Positions 41,908-52,011 of a DNA stretch of 64,000 nucleotides are shown here, piece by piece; position 1 is the first letter of the stretch; the number at the start of each line of letters is the position of its first letter. The notes below the pieces were generated by a model. It was not told the origin of the DNA and searched no databases. It saw nothing but the letters and a program-made list of their open reading frames with translations. Both the position numbers and the translations under genes were made by a program. Location: the NCBI GenBank assembly GCA_036479435.1, contig JAZGFI010000090.1:1-64000 (forward strand), in the 5' to 3' direction. The DNA is from Planctomycetota bacterium (GTDB lineage Bacteria > Planctomycetota > GCA-002687715 > DRQF01).

Positions 41908-42553
41908 ATAGTTCGGCGAGGAAAGCGTCAGCTTCCGCGATGGATTTTTCCATCTCTACAATGAGCGCATCGACGTCGCTACGCACCGAAATCATCTGCG
42001 ATTGCAAAGAAGAGATGGCCCGGGCGTTCAGGTTGTGTTTCAAAAACAACACTTGGTCGTGGAACTTCGTTAGCACCGGTGGCATCTTGCTTTCGGCGCG
42101 GCGCATTGCCGTCAGCATCCCGTCGTAGCGGCTTTGGGTGTCACGCCTTAACTGTGCACTTTCGCTGCGAAGGCCTGGATCGCTGATCTCTGCGGTTTCG
42201 GCTTCCCATTCGAAGAACAAGTCGTGGGCGACTTTTTCGATAGAGTTGATCCGATCGCTCACAGACTCAGCCTCATCGACCGAATCTTCGTAACCCGACT
42301 TCAGCCGGTCGTAGCGATCTTCCAGTTCACCCCCGTCGAAGTCGTTGAGGTCCCTAAAGGCGTCCAGGGTGCTGCGAAACTGGTCGCGAGCGTCCTCTTG
42401 TTGTGACCGGGCTTCTTCGACGCGGTCGACCAAGATGTCGCGTTTGTCGATTCCGAGTTTTTCCATGGTGCCGTAGTACACCGAGCTGCAAGCGCTCGTT
42501 GCGGCGATGAGGAGCATCAGGACTAGGCTAAGTTGGAAGCGAGGGCTAGGCAT
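41906..42553 (-). CDS. DUF2959 family lipoprotein
   Basis: TSAC lipobox, YYGTMEKLG..KRDILVDRV, DQVLFLKHNLNARAI, SIAEADAF. Confidence 0.9.
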   Translation of the reverse strand: MPSPRFQLSLVLMLLIAATSACSSVYYGTMEKLGIDKRDILVDRVEEARSQQEDARDQFRSTLDAFRDLNDFDGGELEDRYDRLKSGYEDSVDEAESVSDRINSIEKVAHDLFFEWEAETAEISDPGLRSESAQLRRDTQSRYDGMLTAMRRAESKMPPVLTKFHDQVLFLKHNLNARAISSLQSQMISVRSDVDALIVEMEKSIAEADAFLAEL

Positions 42554-42652
42554 GGGGCGGGAACTCCGTACGCGGGGCGACCACTGGGCTGGAGGAGTCG
42601 CCAAGGGCGTATCCCAAGCTTGGTTCCGCAATTTGCGTGTTCTAAAGAGCGT

Positions 42653-43087
42653 TTAGTTTTCGACGGTCGACGGAAAGCGTTCGAGCGTAACTTTGCCCTC
42701 GAAGCGTTCGAGGATCAGCAGCAGGTTGCGCTCAAGGCTGGGGTGATTGGCAACGAGGTCCGGGCCGCGGTGAGCCGTCATCCGGTAGGCCTTGTTGCTA
42801 TCAGTAACGAAGCCGATCACGCCGCCGTTGGCGTCGCGAAGCGTGTGCTGGTAGCGATCGTTGTCATCATTGTAGTCACCATCGATCACATACATCGTCT
42901 CGAGAGTGCCGACGGGCTTGCCGTCGAGGAGCACTTTCTGGATGGCAACGGTCTCAAATTTCTCGGCGGGATCCGCAAACTTGATATCGGAGACCTGGCG
43001 GTGTTCCGATTCGGCAACGCAGCCTGTGCCAATGAAGGCACTGGCAATCAAAGTGAGAATCAACGAGGACGGGCGACGGTTCGCCAT
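42653..43087 (-). CDS. Hypothetical lipoprotein
   Basis: Signal peptide with IGTGC lipobox; start is 43087 or 43096. Confidence 0.7.
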   Translation of the reverse strand: MANRRPSSLILTLIASAFIGTGCVAESEHRQVSDIKFADPAEKFETVAIQKVLLDGKPVGTLETMYVIDGDYNDDNDRYQHTLRDANGGVIGFVTDSNKAYRMTAHRGPDLVANHPSLERNLLLILERFEGKVTLERFPSTVEN

Positions 43088-43159
43088 GGTGATCATTTCT
43101 CCACATCTTCTGCTACGAAAGCCGCTTAGGAGTCTTCGCGAGCGGCGGCATGGTAGCAT

Positions 43160-45154
43160 GTGCCACGCTCGACAGAAAGAGAATCGAAGGGGACCCCATT
43201 GTCGGAACTGATCGAGCGAGTCGAGGGCTTTTTTGGCGCCAAAGGTGAGGCCTCAAAAGCCCTTGAGAATTACCGCGAACGGCCCCAGCAAGTCGCTATG
43301 GCCAAGGCAGTGGCCCAAGCGGTGGAATCGGGGCACCACCTCGTCGTCGAGGCCGGAACCGGCGTCGGCAAGAGTTTTGGGTATCTGGTGCCGGCTCTCT
43401 TGGCCGCATTATCGGCCAATAAGCGCGTGGTCGTCTCGACTCAGACCATTAGCCTTCAGGAACAGCTTCTGAAAAAAGACGTTCCTTTGCTCCAAAGCTG
43501 CCTCGGCGAACCCTTTTCGGTGCGAGTCGCCAAAGGCCGGGGAAACTACCTTTCTCCCCGCCGCTTAGAAGTGGCGATTGCCGAGGCTGGCGAGGCCCGC
43601 GGGCGGGAAGTGCTGGCGACGGAACTGGGACGCATTGGTCGAGAGCTCAGCCGCGGTCGGGAGGGGACACGCCAAGAGCTTTTTCCCGGCCCCCAATACG
43701 AAGCTTGGGATCTCGCGCGTTCGGATACCCAAAACTGCCTCGGAAAAAACTGCTCTCACTTTGAGGACGGATGTTGGTTTCACCAGGCCCGTCGCCAGGT
43801 TTTCACGGCCGATCTCGTCATCGCCAATCACGCGCTCTTACTCGCTGACCTCGCGATGCGCGACACGGGCAACCGTCTCCTTCCCGAGTATGACGTCGTG
43901 ATTTTCGATGAGGCCCACAGCCTTGAGGCTTTGGCGCGCGAACAGTTCGGGTTTCGATTTTCGCGCCGCGAGCTCTACGCCGCTCTGTCAAAACTCTATC
44001 GTCCTTCGCGGCGGCAAGGTTTGCTGCAGTTCCTTCACGGGGCTGAGCTCGCCCGGGCCATGGTCAGTGAAGTCGCGCGTGCAGCGGAGCAGTTTTTCGG
44101 AGAAGCAGCCCTGTTGGCCGGCCGTGATGGAACTCGAGAACTGACGCCAGATGACTTGCCGGAGGACGTCCTTTCCGAATCGCTGGTTGCCCTATCAACT
44201 GAGTTGGGACGGCTGGTAAGGGAGGCTTCAGGAGCCGATAGGAAAAAAGAGATCGAGTATCACGCGGCTCGTTTGGACGACATGGTCAGCACTCTATCGC
44301 AAGTTCTGACCTTGGATGAGAGCGCACGAGTTAACTGGGTCGAACGCGGGCGGAATCGCGACGACGTCGAGCTGCACGCTAAGCCACTTGAAGTGCGAGA
44401 TTTCTTGCAGAAGAAGCTCTTTGATGAAGTCGGAAGCGCGATTCTGACCAGCGCTACTTTGTCGGTGGGGGCAAAAGGTGGGCTCTCATTTTTCGCCAAG
44501 ACCCTCGGCTGCCCGGATGCGAAACAGCTACAACTCGGTTCGCCCTTTGATTTTCAAAATCGAGTCAAGCTAAGGATTCCGACCTATCTCGACGAACCTC
44601 GCCCTGGCGACGATTACGAAGAGCGTGCAGCCCTCGCCGTCTTACACTACATCGAGCGCACTCAGGGGGGCGCCTTCGTGTTGTTCACGAGCTACGCGTT
44701 TTTGAATCGCATCTTGGATCGCGTTCGCGAGAGGTTGAATCAGCTTGGATTTCCGATCCTGGCGCAGGGGCAGGGAATGGCTCGTGGGACCATGATTGAG
44801 GAATTCGTGAAGGATGAGCGAAGTGTCTTGTTCGGCACGGACAGCTTTTGGCAAGGCGTCGACGTCAAAGGCGATGCCCTGCGGCTGGTGATCATCACTC
44901 GCTTGCCCTTTCCGGTGCCGAGTCTTCCGCTCAACAAGGCTCGTGCAAGGCGGATCGAGAAGAACGGCGGCAATGCCTTTCGCGAGCTATCCCTGCCCGA
45001 AGCCATTATTCGCTTCAAGCAGGGATTTGGTCGGCTCATTCGGACCGAGGAAGACGCCGGTACGGTCGTAGTTTTGGACACGCGATTGCGCACCAAGTTC
45101 TACGGATCGAAGTTTCTTGCGGCGATCCCCAGCGTCCCCGTCTTCGAGGATTAA
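43160..45154 (+). CDS. dinG: ATP-dependent DNA helicase, DinG/YoaA family
   Basis: Q-motif RPQQ, EAGTGVGKS, KGRGNY, DEAH, TSATL, SFWQGVD, QGFGRLIR. Confidence 0.93.
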   Translation: MPRSTERESKGTPLSELIERVEGFFGAKGEASKALENYRERPQQVAMAKAVAQAVESGHHLVVEAGTGVGKSFGYLVPALLAALSANKRVVVSTQTISLQEQLLKKDVPLLQSCLGEPFSVRVAKGRGNYLSPRRLEVAIAEAGEARGREVLATELGRIGRELSRGREGTRQELFPGPQYEAWDLARSDTQNCLGKNCSHFEDGCWFHQARRQVFTADLVIANHALLLADLAMRDTGNRLLPEYDVVIFDEAHSLEALAREQFGFRFSRRELYAALSKLYRPSRRQGLLQFLHGAELARAMVSEVARAAEQFFGEAALLAGRDGTRELTPDDLPEDVLSESLVALSTELGRLVREASGADRKKEIEYHAARLDDMVSTLSQVLTLDESARVNWVERGRNRDDVELHAKPLEVRDFLQKKLFDEVGSAILTSATLSVGAKGGLSFFAKTLGCPDAKQLQLGSPFDFQNRVKLRIPTYLDEPRPGDDYEERAALAVLHYIERTQGGAFVLFTSYAFLNRILDRVRERLNQLGFPILAQGQGMARGTMIEEFVKDERSVLFGTDSFWQGVDVKGDALRLVIITRLPFPVPSLPLNKARARRIEKNGGNAFRELSLPEAIIRFKQGFGRLIRTEEDAGTVVVLDTRLRTKFYGSKFLAAIPSVPVFED

Positions 45155-45164
45155 GCGCCCAGAA

Positions 45165-46220
45165 TCAGCTCTTCTTGCCAGCGGCGATAATCGACTTGGC
45201 TTCGCCGATCGCCGCGCGGTTCGTGGCGATTCCTTCTCGCTTGGCGCGAGCAAAAGTCGATTCGAGAGCGCCCACAACATTGGCGATTTTCTTCATCGCA
45301 ACTTCTTCGTTGTAGCCGCCATCCGCGAATTCGCAGCTGACGTTCACAATGCCGCCGGAGTTGATGACAAAGTCGGGGGCGTAGAGGATGTTCTTTTCGC
45401 GAAGGACATCACCGTGTCGCACTTCGGCGAGCTGGTTGTTGGCAGCACCCGCAACGATGGGGCACTTCAAGCGGGGGATGGTCTCGTCGTTAATAATCGC
45501 GCCCAAAGCATGAGGCGCAAAAACGTCGCACCCGATGTCGAAGATAGCTTCGGGGTCGACCCACTTGATCTCGGGGTGCAAGGCGCTGATTGTTTTGATC
45601 TTCTCCTGATTGATGTCGGTGGCCGTAATGTGCGCGCCTTCCTTCAGGAGCCTTGCGATCACCGTCTTAGCGACAGCGCCAACTCCTTGCACGACGATGT
45701 GCTTGCCCTGGCAAGAGTCACTGCCAAAAGCCTCCTTCAAACAGGTCTTGATGCCGAGAAAGACTCCGTAGCCGGTGTAGGGCGAGGGGTTTCCTGAGCC
45801 CCCTTGTTCGCGCGACAAGCCGGCAACATAGCGAGTTCCTTTGCGGACTTCAGTGAGGTCTGCGACCCGAATGTTGACGTCTTCGGCGGTGATGTAGAGA
45901 CCGTCCAAGAAATCGACGAAACGCCCCATGGCTTGCAGCAGTTCGGGCGTCTTGATTTCACGCGGGTCGCCGATGATGACCGACTTGCCACCGCCGAGTC
46001 CCGTCCGCGCGATGGCCGACTTGTAGGACATTCCCTTTGACAGTCGCAAGACGTCGGTGAGGGCCGCGTCTTCGTCCTCGTAGGGCCACATGCGAAGTCC
46101 CCCGAGGGCGGGGCCGAGGGTGGTGTCGTGAACCGCAATGAAGGCTTTCAGGCCGGTTTCTTCGTCGTCGGCGCGGACGACGCGCTCGTAGCCGTCGACC
46201 TTGAGGTCGCTGATTTTCAT
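45165..46220 (-). CDS. Leucine dehydrogenase (Glu/Leu/Phe/Val dehydrogenase family)
   Basis: LGPALGGLR, GMSYK, GGGKSVI, TAEDV, GNPSPYT, AGAANNQL, YAPDFVINSGG. Confidence 0.95.
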   Translation of the reverse strand: MKISDLKVDGYERVVRADDEETGLKAFIAVHDTTLGPALGGLRMWPYEDEDAALTDVLRLSKGMSYKSAIARTGLGGGKSVIIGDPREIKTPELLQAMGRFVDFLDGLYITAEDVNIRVADLTEVRKGTRYVAGLSREQGGSGNPSPYTGYGVFLGIKTCLKEAFGSDSCQGKHIVVQGVGAVAKTVIARLLKEGAHITATDINQEKIKTISALHPEIKWVDPEAIFDIGCDVFAPHALGAIINDETIPRLKCPIVAGAANNQLAEVRHGDVLREKNILYAPDFVINSGGIVNVSCEFADGGYNEEVAMKKIANVVGALESTFARAKREGIATNRAAIGEAKSIIAAGKKS

Positions 46221-46636
46221 CGTGGTGAACTCTTTGGGAGAGGGGTCGTCTAAGCAGAGCAAGGCCCAGGGCACGAGGCTCCCGAGGGCGCATCTTAAGG
46301 CTACTCGGCCCCTTGCTCAAATAAGGTCGCAAGCGAGGGTATTTCCTAGGTTTAGGTCGAGAAAGTGGGAAGTTCTCAGAGCGGAATCACGTTTAAGTTA
46401 GTGTTCCCTAATGAGGACGGACTGTCAGCCCTGGAGACACTCACTCGCCCTGGGGAATACAGCGAAAAGGCTGTAAGTGACTTTGGCGAAGCTGCTTAAG
46501 GTGAAGTGGGGGGATTTAAGCGGCTTTGGTCCGCACCTTGCAACGTCTTTTGCCATCGCCGCCGCGTTTCTTGCGGCCCTCACAAGTGGAAGGGGGCTGT
46601 CAAAGCGCAGGAGGAAAGGAAGAAAGGGCCCAAATC

Positions 46637-47287
46637 ATGACGACGCAACTAAAGCAGAAGACCGACGTCGGCCACATTGACGCGGTCGCCAACACGCCCG
46701 CCACCAAGTCCAAGACCAAGCGCAGTCAGCGCACTCCAGCCGAACTCGCCGCTGAGCGCAAGCTTATCCGGGCGGTGCAAGCTGGTGACAAACTGGCCTT
46801 CGAGAAACTCGTCAGGTCCTACGAGCAAAAAGTCTTTTGGATCGCCCACAACCTCGTCAATCACACCGAGGACGCCAGGGACATCGCACAAGAGTCTTTC
46901 TTGCGAGTTTACAAAGCCATTGACCGATTTGACCTGAAGTACAACTTCTACACTTGGCTCTACCGGATCGTCGTGAACTTGGCGATTGACCGTCTGCGGA
47001 AAAAAGGCAAACAGAACGCCGTCAGCATCGAGGAATTTCCCACCGATCCTGCGACGAACCAAACGCCTGAAGACCATATGCGCCACTCGGAAACTGGAGA
47101 AAAGATCTTTGAGGTCTTGGACGCCATGCCCGACAAGTACAAGACGGTCATCTTGCTCCGCGACCTACACGAGATGAGCTGCGAAGAAATCAGCGAGATC
47201 ATCGAGTGCACCAACGCGACCACCCGCTGGCGCCTGCACCGCGCCCGCGAGATGTTCAAAGAACGCTGGGCCCGCATCGTCGTCTGA
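46637..47287 (+). CDS. RNA polymerase sigma-70 factor, ECF subfamily
   Basis: Region 2 (GDKLAFEKLV...DARDIAQESF...FYTWLYRIVVN) and region 4 (EEISEI...TTRWRLHRAR). Confidence 0.94.
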   Translation: MTTQLKQKTDVGHIDAVANTPATKSKTKRSQRTPAELAAERKLIRAVQAGDKLAFEKLVRSYEQKVFWIAHNLVNHTEDARDIAQESFLRVYKAIDRFDLKYNFYTWLYRIVVNLAIDRLRKKGKQNAVSIEEFPTDPATNQTPEDHMRHSETGEKIFEVLDAMPDKYKTVILLRDLHEMSCEEISEIIECTNATTRWRLHRAREMFKERWARIVV

Positions 47288-47351
47288 GCTTGGCCCACCC
47301 TGTTGCGGGGAAGGCCTAGACTCAGCCGTCCGTTCCCCGTGTGGCCACAAG

Positions 47352-47381
47352 AGGCCCTCCATCATCAATGGAGGGCCTTTT
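47352..47381 (+). terminator. Intrinsic terminator after the ECF sigma gene
   Basis: aggccctccat-catca-atggagggcct-ttt. Confidence 0.85.
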
Positions 47382-47510
47382 GTCGTTGCCGAACTCAGCT
47401 TTCCAACAACGGCAGAATTCAGCGACTGAAGTTTGACGGCGGAGGTTCAAACGGCAAGACTGTGTTCCGTTCATGCCGAACCTCCCCTTGTCAATCACTG
47501 GACACCAGCT

Positions 47511-49637
47511 GTGAATTTCATCCGGAACATGAGCATCAAAACGAAGATTGTCCTCATGCTTTTGACGGTGAGCATCACGTCGATCATGGTGATTGGGTAC
47601 TTGGGTTATCGCAGCGGTCGCGATTCGCTTCGAGCCAGCATTGAGAACCAACTCATCGGGTTGAGTGAAGTACGGACGCGCCAAATTCAGGGTTATTTTG
47701 AGCGAATCGACAATCAGCTGGGGAGCCTTGCCAACGATCCAACGGTCGTTCAGGCAATGGTCGATTTTCGAGACTCATTCAAGGCCTTAGAGGACGAAAG
47801 TCTCGTTGATGCTGATCTACGAAGACTCTCAGAATGGTACCAGTTCGTCTACTTGAAAGAGCTGAAGAGAAAAACTGGCGAGGACGCGAACGTCGAGTTC
47901 TATCTTCCTGAAAGTCAGTCGGGTCGCGTTGCGCAACACAGATTCATCGCCGCTAACTCGTATGAAGAGGGCGATCGGCAAATGTTGACGGATACCAAAG
48001 ACGGCACGGCCTACAGTAAAGTCCACGCGCATCACCATCCCTTTTTTAGGGACTTCGCCGACCGCTTCGGCTACTACGATCTTTTCCTAGTCGAGCCGGA
48101 GAGGCTCGAAGTGGTCTACTCCGTTTTTAAGGAGTCAGATTTTGGGACTGACCTTAGAGATGGCCCTTATCGAACGAGTGGCCTAGCGCGGGCGGCAAAA
48201 GCGGCAAAAGGCCGAGCGGGTTCGAATGCGGTGACCTTTGTCGACTTTTCGCCTTACCGCCCCTCCTATTACGATCCGGCCGCATTTTTGGCAATGCCAC
48301 TTGAGGTCGGCAGCGAACTGATCGGAATTTTGGTGTTGCAGATTTCGATCATAGATCTCAACCGAATCATGACGGATGACCGGCACTGGCAAAGCGACGG
48401 ACTTGGGAAGACTGGTGAGTCAATTTTGGTTGGCGCCGACTACCTGGCGCGGTCGGCAGCACGACCGATGATTGAGGATCCCCGGCGTCACATCTCCCGG
48501 CTCATCGAACATAATGCGCCGGCGGATGAGGTTGAGAAGATCCGCCGTCACCAGACCACGATCCTGGCCCAAAAAATCAAGAATTTAGCGACGGTGTCGG
48601 CCCTGTCGAGCGGACAAAGCGGTGTTGTGGTGGTCCGCGACTACCGAGATCAAGAGGTATTAGCTTCCTATCGCCCGGTCGATGTGCCCGGCGCGCGCTG
48701 GGCTGTGCTCGCCCAAATGGACCTTGACGAGGCGTTGGCGCCAGTAACGGCTTTCGCTAGGAGTGTCATTCAAACTGCGCTAGCCATCGTGATCGCCGTC
48801 ACCATTATCGCCATGATCTTGGCCTGGCTTTTTGAGCGCCCCATTGCGCGCCTTACACAAAGAGCTCAAGCGATCGCAGAGGGCGGGGAGGAGGTCCCCA
48901 TCGAGGTGACCTCTAAAGACGAACTGGGAAGACTTAGCGTCTCCTTCAATCAGATGGTCCGCAAGCTCAAAGAAACGACGGAAACGGTCCGCCGTCGAAA
49001 TGCCGAAACCGAGAATCTCATCAGCAGTATTTTTCCGCCCAGTGTCGCCCACAAGATCCGCCAGGGCGACGAGCAGGCGGCCGATCAGTTCGAGGCGGCC
49101 TCTTTGGTCGTGGCTGATGTGATTGGGTTCACGGGCCTCTTGCACCGGCTTCCCGCCAAAGAGTTCGTTCAGATTTTGGACGACCTGATGTCACGATTTG
49201 ATGAAGCCACTGAGCGACATGCAGTGGAGAAGATCAAGACCCTTGGATCGGGTTACCTCGCGGTCGCGGGAGTGCCCACACCAAAGCTTGACCATGTTCG
49301 GCGAGCCTTCGACTTTGCTGCCGAGCTTGTGCGTTTGACCAATTCCTTTGCGCGCCAGAACGACCTTGCGATACGGGCCCGTGTTTTCGTGGATTCCGGA
49401 CCGATCGTGGCAGGGGTAGTCGGCAAGAATCGAGTCGTCTATGACGTGTGGGGAGACGTCGTCAACAAGGCGTTTCGAAGTCTCTCGAGTCTCGAAGGCA
49501 AGACTGGTGTCTTCGTTTCGAAGTCAGTCGCCTCTCGATTAGAGGATCTTCATCGCTTTCAGAAGACCGAGCTGCACAATCAAGAATCCGTGTGGCTCTT
49601 TCTTGAAGAACTTGAGTCCAAAGAGAGTAGGGCTTGA
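47511..49637 (+). CDS. Membrane sensor: TM, Cache-like domain, TM, HAMP, class III cyclase domain (degenerate)
   Basis: FGYYDLFLV..VYSVFKESDFGT Cache-type block, HAMP SKDELGRLSVSFNQM, cyclase ADVIGFT / KIKTLGSGY / YDVWGDVVN. Start is 47511 or 47529. Confidence 0.9.
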   Translation: MNFIRNMSIKTKIVLMLLTVSITSIMVIGYLGYRSGRDSLRASIENQLIGLSEVRTRQIQGYFERIDNQLGSLANDPTVVQAMVDFRDSFKALEDESLVDADLRRLSEWYQFVYLKELKRKTGEDANVEFYLPESQSGRVAQHRFIAANSYEEGDRQMLTDTKDGTAYSKVHAHHHPFFRDFADRFGYYDLFLVEPERLEVVYSVFKESDFGTDLRDGPYRTSGLARAAKAAKGRAGSNAVTFVDFSPYRPSYYDPAAFLAMPLEVGSELIGILVLQISIIDLNRIMTDDRHWQSDGLGKTGESILVGADYLARSAARPMIEDPRRHISRLIEHNAPADEVEKIRRHQTTILAQKIKNLATVSALSSGQSGVVVVRDYRDQEVLASYRPVDVPGARWAVLAQMDLDEALAPVTAFARSVIQTALAIVIAVTIIAMILAWLFERPIARLTQRAQAIAEGGEEVPIEVTSKDELGRLSVSFNQMVRKLKETTETVRRRNAETENLISSIFPPSVAHKIRQGDEQAADQFEAASLVVADVIGFTGLLHRLPAKEFVQILDDLMSRFDEATERHAVEKIKTLGSGYLAVAGVPTPKLDHVRRAFDFAAELVRLTNSFARQNDLAIRARVFVDSGPIVAGVVGKNRVVYDVWGDVVNKAFRSLSSLEGKTGVFVSKSVASRLEDLHRFQKTELHNQESVWLFLEELESKESRA

Positions 49638-49639
49638 CC

Positions 49640-51163
49640 ATGGGAGAGTTTAGCCGCCAAGAAGTATTTTGGTTCGTCGCCGTTGCTTTGGTTTTTCCGC
49701 TTCTGACGATCTTGCTTGGCGAGGTCGTTGCGCGTCTAGAGAGACGGCGAAGCCAACTTGCGGGACCATTCGCTGGCGTGCGTTTGTTGATCCTGCCGTT
49801 GTTGGCGGTCCATTTCTTCGCCACCCGGGTCGCGGATCTAGATCCTGACTCAATCTTTAGCCGCACGGTCCTCACCCTGTTTTGGGTCGCGGTTATTCAC
49901 ACCTTGTTTGGTCTCCTCAATGCGGTGTTTTTCTCTGATTCGGAGGACGCCGACTCCTGGCGAACCAAAGTTCCTAAGTTGTTTCGCGATGTTGTCCGAG
50001 TTGTGGTCTTGATCATCGGCGCTTCCATTGTCACATCGACGGTATGGGGAGCCAATCTCGGCGGCCTGGTTGCGGCTTTGGGGGTTGGCTCGGTGGTCTT
50101 GGGGTTCGCTCTCCAAGAAACTCTTGGCAACGTCATGTCGGGCATTGCGCTCCTATTCGAGCGCCCGTTTCGAGTCGGAGACTGGATAAAAGTCGGCGAC
50201 CACATCGGCCGCGTTACGGAAGTGAACTGGCGGGCGATTCGCTTACGAACGCGAAAAAATGAAGAGCTGGTGGTTCCCAATAGCGTGTTGGGCCGCGAGA
50301 TCATCACCAACTTTGACATGCCTACGGCGCCATTTGCAGAACAGATATTCTTGGGGTTCTCCTACGACGATCCCCCGAACTTTGTGAAGTCCGCTCTGCT
50401 AAAGGCGGCGGCGCGAACGCCGGGGATCGCTAATGATCCGCCGGTCCAAGTGCAGACCATCTCCTACGATGATTTTGCTATCACTTATCGCATCAGAATT
50501 GCCGTTGGTTCCTACGAGAACCTGATGGAGGTTCGTGATCAGTTCATGTCCCGGGTGTGGTATGTCGCCAAGCGCTACGGACTCTCGATCCCCTTTCCCA
50601 TTCGGACGATTCAAATCGATCGTAGCTCGAAGGCGGCGGGCGACGTCGATATGGAGGATCTTCGAGCGTTTGCCAACGCGAGCACCGTCGATGAAGACGC
50701 CTTGGCCACCTTGGCTGAGAAGTCGCAGATTCGCAGCTTTGGAAAAGGCGAGACTGTTCTCGAACTAGGCGAGATCTCAAGGTTCTTTTATATCGTCCTT
50801 ACCGGCAAAGCCGAATTGTCGAAAGGCGAATCCCTTGCCCCTGTTCCCATCGTGAATTGCGGGCATGGGGAGTTTGTGGGAGAGAGTGCCTTGATCGGCA
50901 ATGGCCAGACTCAGGCTCGAGTAAAGGCTCTCGATGATCTAGAGTTGATTGCGATCAATCCCGCAACCATGCACGACACCCTTGGCCGGCACATGCAATT
51001 TGCTCATGAGATAGATCGCGCCTTGGACCAACGGCGAGCTTTGATGGAAGAGGAATTAGGGACGTTGAGACACTCTCAAAGTCGTGAGACCTCGGAGTCC
51101 GGAGAAGAGCGAATCCTCGCAGGAATTCGCGATTTTCTGCGAGCAGATGGAGTTTCCTCGTGA
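49640..51163 (+). CDS. MscS-family channel with C-terminal cyclic-nucleotide-binding domain
   Basis: GFALQETLGN..SG..LLFERPFRVGDWI, NWRA, VPNS, GLSIPFP; cNMP-like FYIVLTG...GEFVGE. Confidence 0.92.
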   Translation: MGEFSRQEVFWFVAVALVFPLLTILLGEVVARLERRRSQLAGPFAGVRLLILPLLAVHFFATRVADLDPDSIFSRTVLTLFWVAVIHTLFGLLNAVFFSDSEDADSWRTKVPKLFRDVVRVVVLIIGASIVTSTVWGANLGGLVAALGVGSVVLGFALQETLGNVMSGIALLFERPFRVGDWIKVGDHIGRVTEVNWRAIRLRTRKNEELVVPNSVLGREIITNFDMPTAPFAEQIFLGFSYDDPPNFVKSALLKAAARTPGIANDPPVQVQTISYDDFAITYRIRIAVGSYENLMEVRDQFMSRVWYVAKRYGLSIPFPIRTIQIDRSSKAAGDVDMEDLRAFANASTVDEDALATLAEKSQIRSFGKGETVLELGEISRFFYIVLTGKAELSKGESLAPVPIVNCGHGEFVGESALIGNGQTQARVKALDDLELIAINPATMHDTLGRHMQFAHEIDRALDQRRALMEEELGTLRHSQSRETSESGEERILAGIRDFLRADGVSS

Positions 51164-52005
51164 AGCGTCGAGGCCACGTTCTCACCGTCATCTTGGGCCT
51201 GATGATTGTTGCGGCGATGGGCTGCCGGCAAGAGCCTAGCGAAGAAAAGCGAAGCATCGAAATTAATGGCTCTAGCTCCTTGGAACCAGCAATCCTTCAC
51301 TGGATCAAGAACTATCCCAATGCCGCCGGGAGCAGCATTGACTGGAAAGACACGGGGAGTAACGACGCCATTCAATCCCTGATTAGGGGTGAGACTGATG
51401 TCGCGGCTTCAAGCCGTCGCATGACGTCCCGAGAGCGATTCCGCGTCCAAGAGCTGCGTGTCGCGGAAGCCACCGAGACAATCGTCGCCTTAGGAGCCGT
51501 GGCGGTACTTGTTCATCCGTCGAACCCGGTTGATGCCCTTGATCTTGCCGCCCTGGCAAAGATCTATTCGGGGCAAGCCTCAAGCTGGTCTGAATTTGGC
51601 GGAAAGGACGCCGAGATCACCATTCACGGCCGTGACAAGTCCTCGGGCACTCGCGCGTTCTTTCAGAAGACCGTGCTCGGTGTGAGGCCCATCGCGGACT
51701 CCATGATCGATCACGAAGAGCACGCGGCGATCGTCGATGCGGTTGCCGCTGATCCCAACGCGGTTGGATTTGGACCTTTGCGCCGTCTTGAAGGCGTCAA
51801 AGTGCTCAAGGTCGGCACGGCGGATCGTGCCCCGGTAGGAGCTAATGCCGAGACTTTGAAATCGGGCGCCTACCCGCTTTCACGCTCGCTTTTCCTTTAC
51901 TCGCGCAGTGATGTGGACTCCGTGGTACGCGAGTTCTTGAGCTACGTCATCAGCCCGGAGGGGCAAGCGGCACTGGGCCCTTTGGGGCTGCAACCAGCGC
52001 ACTAA
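51160..52005 (+). CDS. PstS-like (PBP2 family) substrate-binding lipoprotein
   Basis: AMGC lipobox, NGSSS, TGS, ASSR, GRDKSSGTR, GAYPLSRSLFLY; GTGA overlap with the channel gene. Confidence 0.88.
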   Translation: MKRRGHVLTVILGLMIVAAMGCRQEPSEEKRSIEINGSSSLEPAILHWIKNYPNAAGSSIDWKDTGSNDAIQSLIRGETDVAASSRRMTSRERFRVQELRVAEATETIVALGAVAVLVHPSNPVDALDLAALAKIYSGQASSWSEFGGKDAEITIHGRDKSSGTRAFFQKTVLGVRPIADSMIDHEEHAAIVDAVAADPNAVGFGPLRRLEGVKVLKVGTADRAPVGANAETLKSGAYPLSRSLFLYSRSDVDSVVREFLSYVISPEGQAALGPLGLQPAH

Positions 52006-52011
52006 GCCCAC

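Noticed and set aside
46368..46394. Possible ECF autoregulatory promoter (ggaagt-N16-cgttt)
   Set aside because: Weak match, far from the start codon, and the ECF group consensus is unknown.
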